Source: Lama glama (lineage: Eukaryota). From it: a stretch of DNA of 64,000 nt. Position numbers and translations under genes: made by a program. The stretch covers positions 35,280,001 through 35,344,000 of the forward strand of contig CM052818.1 of assembly GCA_028534125.1 (NCBI GenBank). Reading direction: 5' to 3'. Below the pieces are notes generated by a model that had not been told where the DNA came from, searched no databases, and worked only from the letters and a program-made list of their open reading frames with translations. This document shows positions 49,591-62,239 of this stretch, in pieces; the first letter of the stretch is position 1; every line of letters begins with the position of its first letter.

Positions 49591-51218
49591 CCCATTTCAC
49601 CTGCTGTCTCCTGCCTCCTCCTCCTCGCCTGCTACCCACATGGGGCCTGGAAGGGTGTCTGGCCCAAATGCACGTGGCATCGGAGACTGGGAAGGGCGAC
49701 GCTCACTCCTCAGGCCCTCGCAGGCTGACACCTCCTGGGTGGGGGTCAGCAGGTGACCCACCTGGACACTGGCACTGGCGCCTGTCCCAGCCTCATTTGC
49801 CAGCTTCACCCTCTGGGGAAGGAGTGCTCTTGAGAAGCACATCACCCCAGGGGCCAAGTCCTTATCACTGGGACTAAAGGGGCTGACACTCTGCTTGCTG
49901 TCTGGGGACTAAATTGGAGGGTATAACAGAGGGTGGCTTAAAGCCATTTTCTTTGGCCCAGGAGGTATTTTTAAAACAATTTTGTGGGTTGCAAATGGTG
50001 AAATATCAGAAGATTTCACAGAAAAATCCAGATTTACAGCTTCTCCGGGAGAGTTGGGATATCTGGTGGTACTTAGTGGCCCTGCCCGTAATTCTTATCC
50101 CATGGAACAAGCCTGCTACAGACCCTCTGAAGGCTCTCGGACACCCTCCTCTCTCCTCGTCATGCCTGTGTGTCCTGGGGCGCCGCTCTGGGGGCTGCCG
50201 AGGGCATGGAACTGTCCATGGGCTCGCTCTTGCTCGTGGGGGTGTCCCTGCAGCCTCTGAAGCCCCAGCCAGACAATGCCCTGCCCTGGCCAGTCCCAAG
50301 CAGTGGCCCAGAGGGGCCTCTCTCTGACTCCGAGGGGAAGAACAAACCATTTTAATAAGAGCCAAGACAACTGAAGTTCTGGGAAATGCAGACTTTTGGG
50401 AAAGCATGCACACTCACAATTAGCCCACCCCTTTACCGTGCTTCTGTGCAGAGCCAGAGTTCTGGGGCAGAAAGGCCAGAGAGGGGCCTCGCTGCTGAGT
50501 TGAAGACAGTGCCCTTGGCCCCGCTCAGCTGCTCCTAGCGCCTGCTGTCACTGTGCCTTCAGCCGCCATCACTCAGTGCAGGGGGAACTCCAGCGGCAAA
50601 ACCCATGCACCCCCACCTATATGTAGATCACACTGTTTTGCTCATCGGTGGTCAGTGCAAACTTTGCATAGGCAAATGCCACACGGTGGTGTTCCTGGCA
50701 GACGTGACCTTGGGCCGCCCCATGGTGATGGCTCACTTGCTCGTGACTGTCCAGGATGGCCCTGGGCTATGAGCAGGAAAGGAGAGGTAGTTTTAGAGGA
50801 ATAAGCAACTGAGCAGGACTCTGAGGAGAGACTCTTTGATGATGTCACATTCGTGAAGTTGGTACCCACCCAGCTCAGATGATTGTCTTCCTGGAAACAT
50901 TTATGCTTCAGGTCTCCAGTCCTTAACACATTCATTCAACATGGATACTCTGAACCTTGGTACTATTAAACATATGCTCTTCTTGTCTTCGTGAATGGAC
51001 TGTGAGCTCCCTGAGGACAGAGATGGTGACATATTTCTTCAGGTCTCCCTACAGCCTGTAAATCTATGCTTTCCAACATCCCTGGTGACCAAAATGACTG
51101 CTTATGGACAAATGCCAAAAGTGCAAATGGTTTAATACATATAGACAGAGATAATGTAGATAATTAAATTTCTACAATCAACACTCATGAAATTCTAGGG
51201 TGTGTCTGAACTAAGTTT

Positions 51219-51418
51219 TTTTCTAAAGAAGTATTTTTTTCTTATTTTTTACTGAAGGGTAGTCAATTTACAATTTAGTTTCAGGTGTACAGTAAAGTGA
51301 TTCAGTTATACATATACATTTACAAGAAATTACATTGCAAGAAATTGAATATAGTTTCCTGTGCTATACATATATTGTTGTTTACCTATTTTATATCTAG
51401 TAATGTATATCTGTTAAT
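51219..51418 (-). mobile_element. Short L1 3'-end-type retroinsertion with TSD
   Basis: Antisense ...tttcaggtgtacagtaaagtgattcagttatacatata...tgaatatagtttcctgtgctatac. TSD tgaactaagttt (51207-51218) and tgaacaaagttt (51419-51430). Confidence 0.7.
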
Positions 51419-52659
51419 TGAACAAAGTTTACAAATAGTATTACTGTTTTATTTCTTTGAAAAAAAAGAAAAGAAAAATCCACTTGCCATCACCTGTCTT
51501 CCTGAATGCCCCTCCCCTCCCTCCCCCGACTCCCATCCAAAGTCAGAGCATCGCAGCTACACACTCACCTCCAAAGGAGCCCATCACCTCCTCAGGATTC
51601 TATAAGCACAAGCTCCTGCCTAGAGGCACCTACTGGGTAGGTGACAGACAGTCCAATCACTCTGGCCTACGTAAGCCATTTTGCACTCTGTAGCAGTGAC
51701 CACTGAGGACAGTCCCATTTGGGAACACCCAGAAGTGGTATAAACCATCCCTGACACTACTAGCACCTTGAAGCACAGGAGAAGGTGCACAGAAGACAGT
51801 GCTGGGCGCGTGATGGGTGCCGATTCTGAGTGTACAGGAGGCTGGTGTATGGGGACCCAGAGGCTGCACCAGCCAGGGAAGACCACTTAGATTAGAACCT
51901 AATTCTTGTGTAGACTCTTCTAACTGATGTGGATAAAAGACTGCTTTTTGGTGCAGCTAATGAATATGTGGTTTAAGATGTTGCAGGAAGGTGTCCATCT
52001 CCAGGAAAAAAAAAAAAACTCAGAGAGGCTAAAGGGGGTCTTTACATTTCAAGTAAGAGAGGAGTCAACTCTTGAACCCAGGTCCGGCCACCCATCTGGC
52101 GTTCTCTCAGCTGCCTGGAGAAGATAGGCTGTCTGTGGTCCCAGGCCTTGCGCCAGTTGTATGGGGCTCCCCAACTCTTGCTCTAGGTCTCTGAGTTCTA
52201 GCATCCTGCATGCCTCCATTTTTCCTTTCTGTTCACTGCCCTCCAGCTCACCTGCCCATGGACGTGAGCAGCCCAGCTCCCTGAGGATTCACAAGGGTGA
52301 CTGTTCGCTCTGCTCCAACTTTGTCCCAAGTCATCCAGCCCTGCTGCGGTGCCTCGGGCTGCCCTGGGCTTCCCCAGGCTTCCCCCACAGCCTCCCCACA
52401 CCTAGCCTAGACCTGCCACCTCATACCTTGTTTTCCCTTCTGGATCTTCTCTCTTCCCTCTCCCTGGGAGCCTGCACCCTGCCCATCCCTCACTAAGCAC
52501 CCCCCCACCTCTGTCTCTGCTCCCAAGTGCCCTCACCAGCAAGGGCCCTGCCCTCTGCAATTGGCCCATCCTCTCTCTCTCAGAGGCCTGGCTGGGTTCC
52601 TACCCCTCGGGGCGGCCTTCCTTGGGCTCCCCACCTCCAACCCTGTCTTTTGGGGCAGC

Positions 52660-52870
52660 TGTGGGGTACAGTGGAACTAGTGTGGGCTCTCGGGGGCAGA
52701 TACGCCTGCATCTGGATCCTGATGCTGCTCCGCAGGCAGGTCACGCCTTACTCTCTGCATCTACAAAATGAGAAGGTACGTCCAACCCGCATGGTTGTTA
52801 CAAGAGTTATATTGGAACACATGACACCTGGAACAGCGCTCGGTACACAGTAAACGCTCAGTAGCCGTTC
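52660..52870 (+). mobile_element. MIR SINE
   Basis: catctacaaaatgagaagg...ggttgttacaagagtta...cctggaacagcgctcggtacacagtaaacgctcagta. Confidence 0.65.
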
Positions 52871-53525
52871 TCCTTCCTTCCTCTGATGTGGCAGGTGCTG
52901 CCCTTTCAAGCCCCTCAGCCTCGTAGAAGGGCTCCTGAGCCACCTGGGCCAGGCCCATCCTGGGCTCACAGGCGAGAGGCTGTGCTGATGGAGATGTAGG
53001 AACCTGGTGCTGCCAGGGTCGGAGCCCCACATCCAGTGCCAGGGGGCTCAGTCACCCGACAGAGTCTCACCAGGGCTGGTGAGGGCTGCTCAGGCTGGGG
53101 CCCTGATTCACCACCTGCCCCCCACAGACATATGAAGGGCCACCTTCTGAGGACAGAGGGTGGGGTTGGAGTGCAGAGCCAAACCTCTGCCTCCACTGCA
53201 GCCTTCACATCACAGAAAAAAAACACTTTAGGGGGTAAGGGCTGATCCAGAAGTACCAGGAAGGACCAGGACAGGCTGAGGAGGGCCACCTCACAGCCTC
53301 ACTTACCTCCACCAAAAACGTGCACACCCCTCCCTGGGGAATAACTGCCTCTCAGTGGGTGAGGCAGTTTTTTTTCAAGCCTCTGAAACACCAAGGTCTT
53401 GCCCAGCTTTTGCTCCCAGGGAGCAGAGCCTTCCCAGGACAACATATCGTTCGCTGGAGATCCCGGCTCTGCACACATCACATTTAGACTGAGAGAGGGT
53501 TCTCTGAGGAATGAGAAGAATCTGC

Positions 53526-53770
53526 CTCATTCATTCACTTAACAAATATTTATTGAGCACCTGCTAGTGCCAGACCTACTCCAAGCCCTGGGGATGCAGT
53601 AAAGAAGGAGATAGGGTGCCCGCCTCACCTGCTCCCAAGTGCCATCACCAGCAAGGGCCCTGCCCTCTGCGTTGGGCCCATCCTCTCTCCCCTAGAGGCC
53701 TGTCTCCTTCTAGTGCAGGAGACAATGAACGACTGTGTGATGTAAGGAGGTGGTAAATGCTCGGGGGAAA
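53526..53770 (-). mobile_element. L2 3'-end fragment interrupted by a 74-bp local duplicate
   Basis: cattcattcacttaacaaatatttattgagcacctgctagtgccag...ctggggatgcagtaaag, resuming as tctagtgcaggagaca. Confidence 0.7.
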
Positions 53771-54943
53771 TGCGTGGTGGAAGTTTAGAGAGTGAGTCAT
53801 GGGGGGAGGGCAGTGTGCGAGCTCTTCAGGGCGCTGGGTCTCTGCCTCTGCTTTTTAGGTGAAGAAAGAGCAAACACACAATGATACTTGGCAGGAAATT
53901 CCCCTGGTAGGTCTCCAGGTGAGAACAAACTCTCTTGCCTTCGCCGTTTATGACGCTCTGGGTCATGTCCCACCGTTACCAGCTACCTGGGCCAGACTCT
54001 CCCAGCAACTAATCCAGCCTGGGACTAACACCTTCCTTCCTCCTTTTTCTCTCCTCCTTCCCTCTGCAGTTTACACCTGGGGCCTGGACTCCAGGTGTTT
54101 GTTTCACATGCCAGGTGGTTATTTATTTGTTTTGCCAGTCCTTCTTTGGCCACCTTCTCTAGTGACAAAGTTTACTGTCCCTTCATCATATCCAGTCCCA
54201 GAAGATGGCTTTTACCTACAGCAAGAAGAGAATATTATGGAAGTTACACACTTTCCAGTGCTTTCTCCACACTGACCAGACAGGAGGCCAGGTAGCCCAC
54301 CTCAGCTGGCCCAGCCCTCAGACCACCTCCAAACACTTTCTACTCCTCCTTGGCTTCCCCACCTTCATAAAGGAGCCTACCAGGTCTGAAATGAGATCAA
54401 TTTAACTTCAGTAAGTGCTCTTTGGGGGAGTGGCTCTGCTGAGCCTGCACTCAATACACTTCCTCAGAACTCCATGCTCCTCTCCCAAAGCACTGGCCAC
54501 TTCTCATTTACTGCCACAAAGGAGTTTTTAAAATTTGCCGTGAGTGTTTGATTGCTGATTCGTGTCTGTGAGCTACTTGAGGGGAGGGCCCAGGTCTCTT
54601 TTGTTCATGGTAACTGTTTTGACACAGTGCAAAACCCTGCCCATCGCCTGGCAGAAAGTGGAAACTTAACAGGTGTCAGATGTGCAAATAAAATACACCC
54701 ACAAGTACAATTATATTGGTATACACACAACAGTCAAAGACTAAGGAAACATGAAAAAAAGACGTAGTTAAGACTGAGTGGTAGACCCTAAACTTTAGTT
54801 CCCTTACAAACGATATCTAAGAATTTTTCCTGGTGTTCATTTATTAGGTATCTCATAAAGGTATGAAAAATGGAAACTCAGTTCATTGTAAAGAATAAAA
54901 TAACATCACATATACACCTTCAGTAATTGTAAAACCTAACAAT

Positions 54944-55002
54944 CACACACACACACACACTTCCCAACAAACATCTCAAACCCGCACACGCACACGCACA
55001 CT
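54944..55002. repeat. (CA)n and (CGCACA)n simple repeats
   Basis: Read directly. Confidence 0.85.
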
Positions 55003-55009
55003 CTCTTCC

Positions 55010-55295
55010 TCCCGCGTAGCTCAGGCGAATTTAACTGGGTGCTCTCCGTAAGACCTGCTCTGCGCACGGAAAGAAAGCAAAACCGAACCCAACCAATCAG
55101 AAGTCAGCATCTCCAAGGCCCCGCCCCTTCCACATGGCTGACAGACAGCATGCTCCGCCCTAGGCCAGCGCCACCTGGAGGTCAAGGCGAGCAAATGCAA
55201 CGCCTGCCGAGAGACTTCTCCGGCAGGCGGAGCGCGCTGAGCTGGCTGGGGTCTCAGTGTATGGTAGAGATGCGACCCCCGCCGCCGCACCATTC
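55010..55295. promoter_or_regulatory. CpG-rich element with CCAAT box, GC boxes and a strong CTCF motif
   Basis: AACCAATCAG 55091-55100, GGCCCCGCCCC 55117-55127 and CTCCGCCC 55153-55160. The reverse complement of 55166-55184 is TGACCTCCAGGTGGCGCTG. Confidence 0.65.
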
Positions 55296-56589
55296 AGGGG
55301 GCTCCTGTGGGGTCATTGATGGAGAAGAGGCTGAGGAGTTGTCAACAGGCCTTTAACCTGTTCAGTCAAGAGATTTCCCCCACTTTCCACTACGTTCTGT
55401 TGTAACTTACCCCTTCTTGACCAGAAGAATGGGTTTGATGAGGAAAAGTGGCTCAGAAAAGTGACACAATAGTGGTTGTAAATGCTTCAATAGCATCTCT
55501 TTTGGGCTTAACCTCCATTAAGCAGAGTGGACCCAGAGAGGGAGTGGCACCTTCTCCCTGGTCCCTAGTCATTGGGGTGCAGAGGCTGCCCTCCTCCAGC
55601 TGGTGGCCTGGACATCCCAGGGGGAACCCAGACTGCGGCACTGCACCCAGACCTCAAGGTCCGACAGCCAGCATGTCTTCAGCTCCCCTCCCCAACCACG
55701 GGCTGACTGGGTGGTGGTCAGCCCTGCCCTCCCTCACCTGATCAGGGCACAGAACTAAAATAATTATTATTCATCTCATGTTCCTTGTTCCTGATTTGAA
55801 AGGAGGGCTGAGTTCACAGTCAAGTAGCCTGTGCTGGGGGTAAACTGAGACAGGGACTGCTGGTGCCCCTGAGAAATATTCTTTCCCTCTCTGGTGTAGC
55901 CTAACACCTAACTGCCTCTATTTCCCCTCCTAGTTCCAATTTCCTCCTAGTTCCCTTGTCCCTGGGAACATGCAAAACCCCAGTTTTGGTCTGAAAAATT
56001 GGCTCCCATGGCCCAGGTTCTCCCCCACTCCAAGCCTCTTTTTCCTTCTCCATGGCTCTCCCACTCCATTCATAGCCCCCAGCATCCCCAGGGCCATAGG
56101 TCACGTTCAGCTCCTGGGAATTTATTAATTGTAGAATATAAGGCTTGGTCTCCTATAAAGAGATTTCAAGATTTCTGGGGGCAAGTGGGTTTTCTAAATG
56201 CTCTTTGAATGCTGGGAACCTGGGTTGCTGCTGGGGGAGGATACTGAGAGGGATGGACTAGGGTTAGGCCAGCAGGGGACAGAGTTGTGAGCCCGAAGTC
56301 TCACACTCAGCAGATGAGGAGCCTGAGTCCACTGCCTCAACCATCCTCATGTGCTCGGAGGAGCCCTGGCCCCCTGGGAATCTCCACGTGGGCACAGAGT
56401 GGGGCTGGGAGCCGAGATCTGACCCTGCTAGGTCACTGAGCTGCCAAGAGACCTTGGGGCCTCACTGGCCTCATCCTTAAAACTGGCATAACAATCGCTG
56501 GCCTGAGTGCCCTTGGGATTGTAATTAGGATCTAACAAGAACTTGATGTGAAAGCCCATCTCAACCATTATGTCCTATTAAGGGTGTTG

Positions 56590-57040
56590 TCGTCATTCTT
56601 CTCTTGCCTTAGGAGGCAAGGGATAGAGAGAAGTGGGGAGGCAACTGGTAAAAGTAGTTAGCTGGCTTTGCTTGCTCACTCTGACGAAGCCAGCTGCCAT
56701 CTTGTGAGCTGCCATCTTGGAGAGGCCCATGAGGCAAGGAACTGGGGACAGCCTCTGGCCAACAGCCGGCATTGACTTGAAGCCCTCAGACCAATAACAC
56801 ATGAGAAATTGAATCCTGTCAGTGACCACATGAGTAAGCATGGAAGCGGACCCTTCCCCATCAAACCTCGGGATGACTGCAGCCGGACACCTTGATTGCA
56901 GCCTATGAGAGACCCTGAGCCCGAGGACCCCACCAAGCCACCCACAGATTCCTGACACGCAGAAACTGTGAGGTAATACATGTTGTTTAAGCCAGTAAGA
57001 TTTGGGTTAGTTTGTTCAGCAGTGTAGATAGCAAATATAC
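56590..57040 (+). mobile_element. MaLR solo LTR (MLT1F/G-like)
   Basis: gaagccagctgccatcttgtgag...ggagaggccca...gcaaggaactg...agattcctgac...agaaactgtgaggtaata...gtttaagcc...tttgttcagcagtgtagatagcaaatatac. Confidence 0.8.
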
Positions 57041-57769
57041 TCCTTTCTCCTCAACCGTGTTGCCTGGTCAGTGCTGTCTCTTTGTTCTTGGCCTTCATTC
57101 ACTCTTCTGGTTCTCTCCTTGCCTCCTTGAGGCTCCTCTTCCCTTTGCCATTTTTTTCTCCCACTCCCTAACTGTGGTCTCCCCCAGCATCTCTGTCTCC
57201 ACTCTCTCCAGAGAGCCCCTCACTCATGGCTTCAATAATGAGTAAGTATTGTGTCTTTAGCGATATCCTTCCAGTCGTTTCCCCAACCCTCCTGCTCGTC
57301 TGCATTCAGTTCCATTTCCCCTCTGGCCTCTGAATATATATTTTATCTGGATGTTACTATAACAACCCAGATCGGTTAATATGTCCCTCCTCATCATCTC
57401 TGTTTTCAGTCAGCAATAGATGTTCCCTTGGGAAGGTGGCTCAGCACTTCCCTGTATCCTCTGCCAAGTGCAAATCTCACTTCTGGGCTGCCTTTCTCTA
57501 ATTGAGATTCACCTTCTTTACACACGACTTTCAAGACATCAGGTCATCAATCACTCTCAAGTCTCCATGCTTCCCACTGAACCTGCCTGGTGTTTCCCAC
57601 CAATAGCCTTATGTGGCTCATGCAAATGGCCCAGCGCTCACACCACACACCAGTTCTCCCATATTCTGCCTGTGTGCCCCATGCAAGTTGGTTCACCTCC
57701 CTGGCCTCAGTTTTCTAGCTTGTAGCTAAAAACTAGAAATACCCGAGACGTACTTCAATAGGTACCTGG

Positions 57770-58235
57770 TTTAACTTGTACAGCTGTGCCATGGACTACT
57801 ACTCAATGATAAAAAATGAAGGCACTATTGATACACACAACAGCTGGGATGAATCGCCAGAGAATTGTGTTGAGTGGGAAAAAGCCAATCCCCAGAGGTT
57901 ACAATAATGTATGTCTCCATTTACAGAACACTGTTGAAATGAGAAAACTATAGAAATGAAGAACAGATGAGTAGTTGCCCAGATGAGTAGTTGGAGTGGG
58001 AAGAGGCAGAGAAGTGGGTGTGACCATGCAAAGGCATCAGGAGGAACCCTGGGCTGATGGAGATGCTCTGTACCTTGACCGTGTCAGTGTCAATAACCTG
58101 GTTGTGATATTACAGTTAGGTTTTGAGAGATTGGGGGAAAGTAGTAAAGGGTGCAGGGGGTTTCTCTGTAGTAGTTCTCACAATGGCATGTGAATCTAAA
58201 CTGATCTTGAAAGAAAATGTTTAATTAAGAAAAAA
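57770..58235 (+). mobile_element. Old L1 (L1MC/MD-like) 3' end
   Basis: catggactactactcaatgataaaaaatgaa...atgaatcgccagagaattgtgttgagtgggaaaaagccaatc...tagaaatgaagaacagatgagtagttgcc. Confidence 0.75.
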
Positions 58236-58939
58236 CACCCCATTTAATGAACTGCATGGAACTTAACTCATAACCTAGAAGGTACACGGCCTAAAAAAAG
58301 AGTATGAATGAAAAAAAATCATTGCTTTTTACCCACTAAAATGTTGGTATTTGAAAAGTAGTAACAGAACCCCAGGTTTCTAGTCTTGTACTTTGACCTC
58401 GAGTGACATCCCTACAGAAAGCTTGGTGGACTGCAGGGTGGCCCTCCATGCTGCTCTGAGACCCCGAGATCTGGTTCAGTAGGTGGCAGCTCCGTTCCTC
58501 TTCTCTCTGGGAGAGCCGTGAAAGGCAGGAAGAACTCAGGAAAGGGAGGCTGCTGCAGAGTCAGAAAAGTTCTCTAAGGCAGGGTAACTGGGTCTCAGGG
58601 TGTGGACTAGCGACAGAGGGAGAGAGATTAGGGGAAGTCACCACGGGAAGGTCAAGTTCTCACCCTCACTGTGCCTTCCCTCTCAGCCCGGGATGCCCTC
58701 GATGACCAAAACCAAACTCCAGCCCCGGCTCAGCTCCCATTTCCTCAGGGACTCCTGCGCTCCAGCCCAGAATCCTTGTTTGAGCCTCACGATTATCTGG
58801 CTAACATTGGTCTGGATTGTGTCGTGTTTAAACTTCTCACAGGCAGAGACCATCTCTCCAGGCTCCTCCACATAATGCTAGGCACAGAATACACTATACA
58901 AAAATAACTTGGCTTGTAACACAGTCAAAGGGGCAACCT

Positions 58940-59235
58940 CCATAATTCGTGAAAAGGTCATCAAAATCAGGAGGAAAGAGACCCACGACCTGATAGAAAA
59001 GTCATCAAAAGATAAACTGAGAGTTCTCTTTATAAATGCAAATGGCCCTTAAATATACAAAAAGAAGATTCAACTTCTCATAAGAAGAGAAATGCAAAAC
59101 AAAAAGTATTAGAGAGATCACTGCTCACCCAACAGAAGGGGTAAAAATCCAAGAGTTTCACAACATACTCAGTTGACAACATTCTTTTTCATATGTATTC
59201 CTGGTGAGAAGACAACATGTTACAAACCCCTGGGG
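58940..59235 (+). mobile_element. Old L1 ORF2 fragment
   Basis: aaatggcccttaaatatacaaaaagaagattcaacttctcataagaagagaaatgcaaaacaaaa. Confidence 0.6.
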
Positions 59236-59702
59236 GTAATTTTTAAAACTTTTAATTTTAAAACAATTTCAAACTAACAGAAAAGACGCAAGTGTGGTAA
59301 AATGAATGTGTTTTTTTCCAAGCCATTTGTAAATGTGTCAGCACAGTGCCCAATTACCCCCCAGAAACTTTAGTATAGGATGTATTTCTTTCTCCTATAC
59401 TAGAAATATATTCTTACAAATAAGGGCAGTCTCTTTTGTAACTGTGTTTCAGACATCAAAACCAGGAATGTAACATTGATCCATTACTACCATCTAATCC
59501 TCAGAGCCCACTTTCATTTCTCTAGTTGTTCCAATAATGTCCTTTATAGCAAAAATATCCAGAATCACACATTTACTTGTCATGTCTCTAGTTTCTTTCC
59601 TTCAATCTGAAACAGTTCCTCAACTTTCCCTGACTTTCATGACATTGACACTCTTGGAAAATACAAGTCAGCTGTTTCGTAGAATAGCCCTCATTTTGGG
59701 TT

Positions 59703-60052
59703 TGCCGTAGTTGTGTCCTCTCAAAATTCATAGGTTTAAAGCTATCCCCCAAGATGATGGTATTAGGAGGTGGAGCCTTTGGGGATGATTAGGTCATTCA
59801 GGCAGAGCCCTCATGGCTGAGATTAGTGCCCTAATAAAAGAGACACCAGAAAGCTGGCTTGTCCCTTCCATCATGTGAAGACACATAGAAAAGATGGTTG
59901 GCTGTGAACCAGGAAGTGTCACCAATTATTGAGTCTGCTGGCATCTTCATCTTGAACTTCCCAGCCTCCAGAACTGTGAGAAGTAAGTATCTGTTGTTTA
60001 TAAACCACTCAGTCTATGGTACTTTGTTATTGTGGCCAAATGAATTAAGACA
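59703..60052 (+). mobile_element. Complete MaLR solo LTR (MLT1A-like), 350 bp
   Basis: TG...CA termini and a perfect 5-bp TSD gggtt (59698-59702 and 60053-60057). Contains gatggtattaggaggtggagcctttggg and ttcccagcctccagaactgtgaga. Confidence 0.9.
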
Positions 60053-60241
60053 GGGTTTGTCTGATGTCTTCTCTAGATCAGACCCAGGTGGTACATTTTT
60101 GGCTGGAATACATATCACAGAAATGATGCCCTGCCATTCTCACTGCATCCAGTTAGGTGTTTTACCATTTCAGTTTGGTCTATCACTGACATGTTAACTT
60201 TGATCACTTGATTAGAAGGCTTTTCTGTAGTAAAGTTACTC

Positions 60242-60481
60242 TTGTTTTTTTTCTTTTTCCATCTTAACCATTTTTAAGTATACAGTTCAGTAGTGTTAAA
60301 TATATTTACACTGTTATGAAACAGATCTCCAGAGATTTTCATCTTGCAAACTGAAACCCGATACCCATTAAACAACCACACCCCTTCTCCCCTTCCCCCA
60401 CCTCCCAGCCCCTGGTATCCACCATTCTACTTTTTGTTTCTGTGATTCTGACTATTCTAGGTATCTCATATAAGTGAAATC
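60242..60481 (-). mobile_element. Short L1 3'-end insertion with TSD
   Basis: Poly-T then accatttttaagtatacagttcagtagtgttaaatatatttacactgtt. TSD taaagttactc (60231-60241 and 60482-60492). Confidence 0.8.
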
Positions 60482-62239
60482 TAAAGTTACTCCTTTCCCT
60501 CTTTGTAATTAGTAAGTATTTTGCTGGGAAGTACTTTGAGACTATATAAATATCTCATTCTTTATTTTTTCTCATTCCTTACAAAACTTACAATTTATTC
60601 ATTTCTTTGTTTCTAGCACTGTGGCTCATGGATTCCTATTTTATGCAGCGGGATTATAATCTGTTGCTATCAGTATTTATTTTGGTTCTCAAATTTTCCC
60701 ATATTTCACCAGCAGGAGCCCCTTCTGTGTCCCATCATTCTTTGAGCACTTCCTTAATTTTTAAATGTGACATGTTCTGGGCTCATCTTGTTCCTTGCTT
60801 GACCCAGCTCTGGAATCCGACATTTTTCCAAGAAGGTCCAGTTCCTTTTCGTAAAGAATGGTATTTAGAAACCAAGATCTGGGCATGAGGTGTACTCATC
60901 GCTCTTGAGGTTCCATTGCTTGCACGTGCTCTCAGTGGACAGGAAAATATATAAACGTAAGACACTCAAATATACACACATACGTTTTACATCTATATTT
61001 ATTTCTGTATCTGTCACTACACAGGGTGAGGCTCATGCTGGAGTGAGAGGCAGAGGCTGAGGTGTCTCCTGGAGGAGGGGGCTGAATCAGCATCTAGAAA
61101 TAGGGACGATTTGGCAGTTGCTGTGGGAAATCCAATAAGAGGGTAAAAAGAATTGAACAAAAGGACTGTGTACTGGCACATGTAAAAGCATACAGAATGA
61201 ATTTGTGTCTTTATGAATTTCTCCATGAGTGAGGATAATGGCATTTTATGGGTTACAAAGCACTTTTATTTCCACTCTTTGTTTTAACACTCAAAACTTG
61301 TATGGTGGGCATGCAGAGCAGTCTACTCAGCAGCTCTGGGTCTTTACAGGGGCTAGTTGCTAGTCCCTAGAGTTCCTAGGAAATGAGCTGACTGGCAGCT
61401 GGCTGAGGTTTTAAGGAAGTGATATTGCAATCCACAGACCCATGGGTTGCCCAACCTCTGAAGGAATCCCCAGGAAGCCATGACCATGCCAATGGGGAGT
61501 TGGCCTTCCCAAAAGGGGACTTCTGCCCTGTAGGCTCTAAGGCACAGCCATGGAGGACAGTGAACCAGGGAGATTCTCCCAGGAAGTCACACCAGGACTT
61601 GGCTCCATCTTGGAGAAGTGACTCCTGGCTGCCCTGCCAGCAGGGTGGACGAGCTACCCCCTGTACCCTTTCCCTTCTCCTCTCCTCCAAAGTGAATCCT
61701 CATTGTGGATAATCTAGTGTATCTCCACTATCATTAATCTGGTGTCTTTATGGTGGTTAAATTATAACTTAGCCACTGTTCCAGGTAATAAGAAGCCACA
61801 TATAGACCGTGGAGAGGAATGCACATTACCTGGATCCTGATTATCTTCCTTTGGAAAGAGGAATAAGTGGAATTTGAGTTGTAGATGGTGAGGGTTCTTA
61901 ATTTTAGTAGAAACATTTTTTAAAGTATCTCTTTATTGAGGTGAAATTCATAGAACATCAAATTAACTGTTTGAAAATATACAATTCAGTAGCATTTAGT
62001 ACATTCACAATTTTGTGCCACCACCACCTCTATCAAGTAGCAAGAGCATTTTTGAAAGTGCACTGATGGGGAAAAGAAGGTGTACATGGATGCTGGGCGG
62101 CCACTTGGTGGAGTGCGGTGCGTTTGCCCCACACCCCTTGCTTTGGGGAACAACCCTACCCCTTCTCCATGGGCTGCTGGCTGGATCAGTCAGTCCTGAT
62201 AACCACCTCCTGCACCCACTTTTGGGCATATAATTCACG

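Larger units (their letters stand above)
59240..61010 (-). mobile_element. Old antisense L1 3' region hosting two nested insertions
   Basis: tttttaattttaaaacaatttcaaactaacagaaaag...accaggaatgtaacattgat...ttgttccaataatgtcctttatagc...gaatggtatttagaaaccaagatctggg. Confidence 0.7.
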
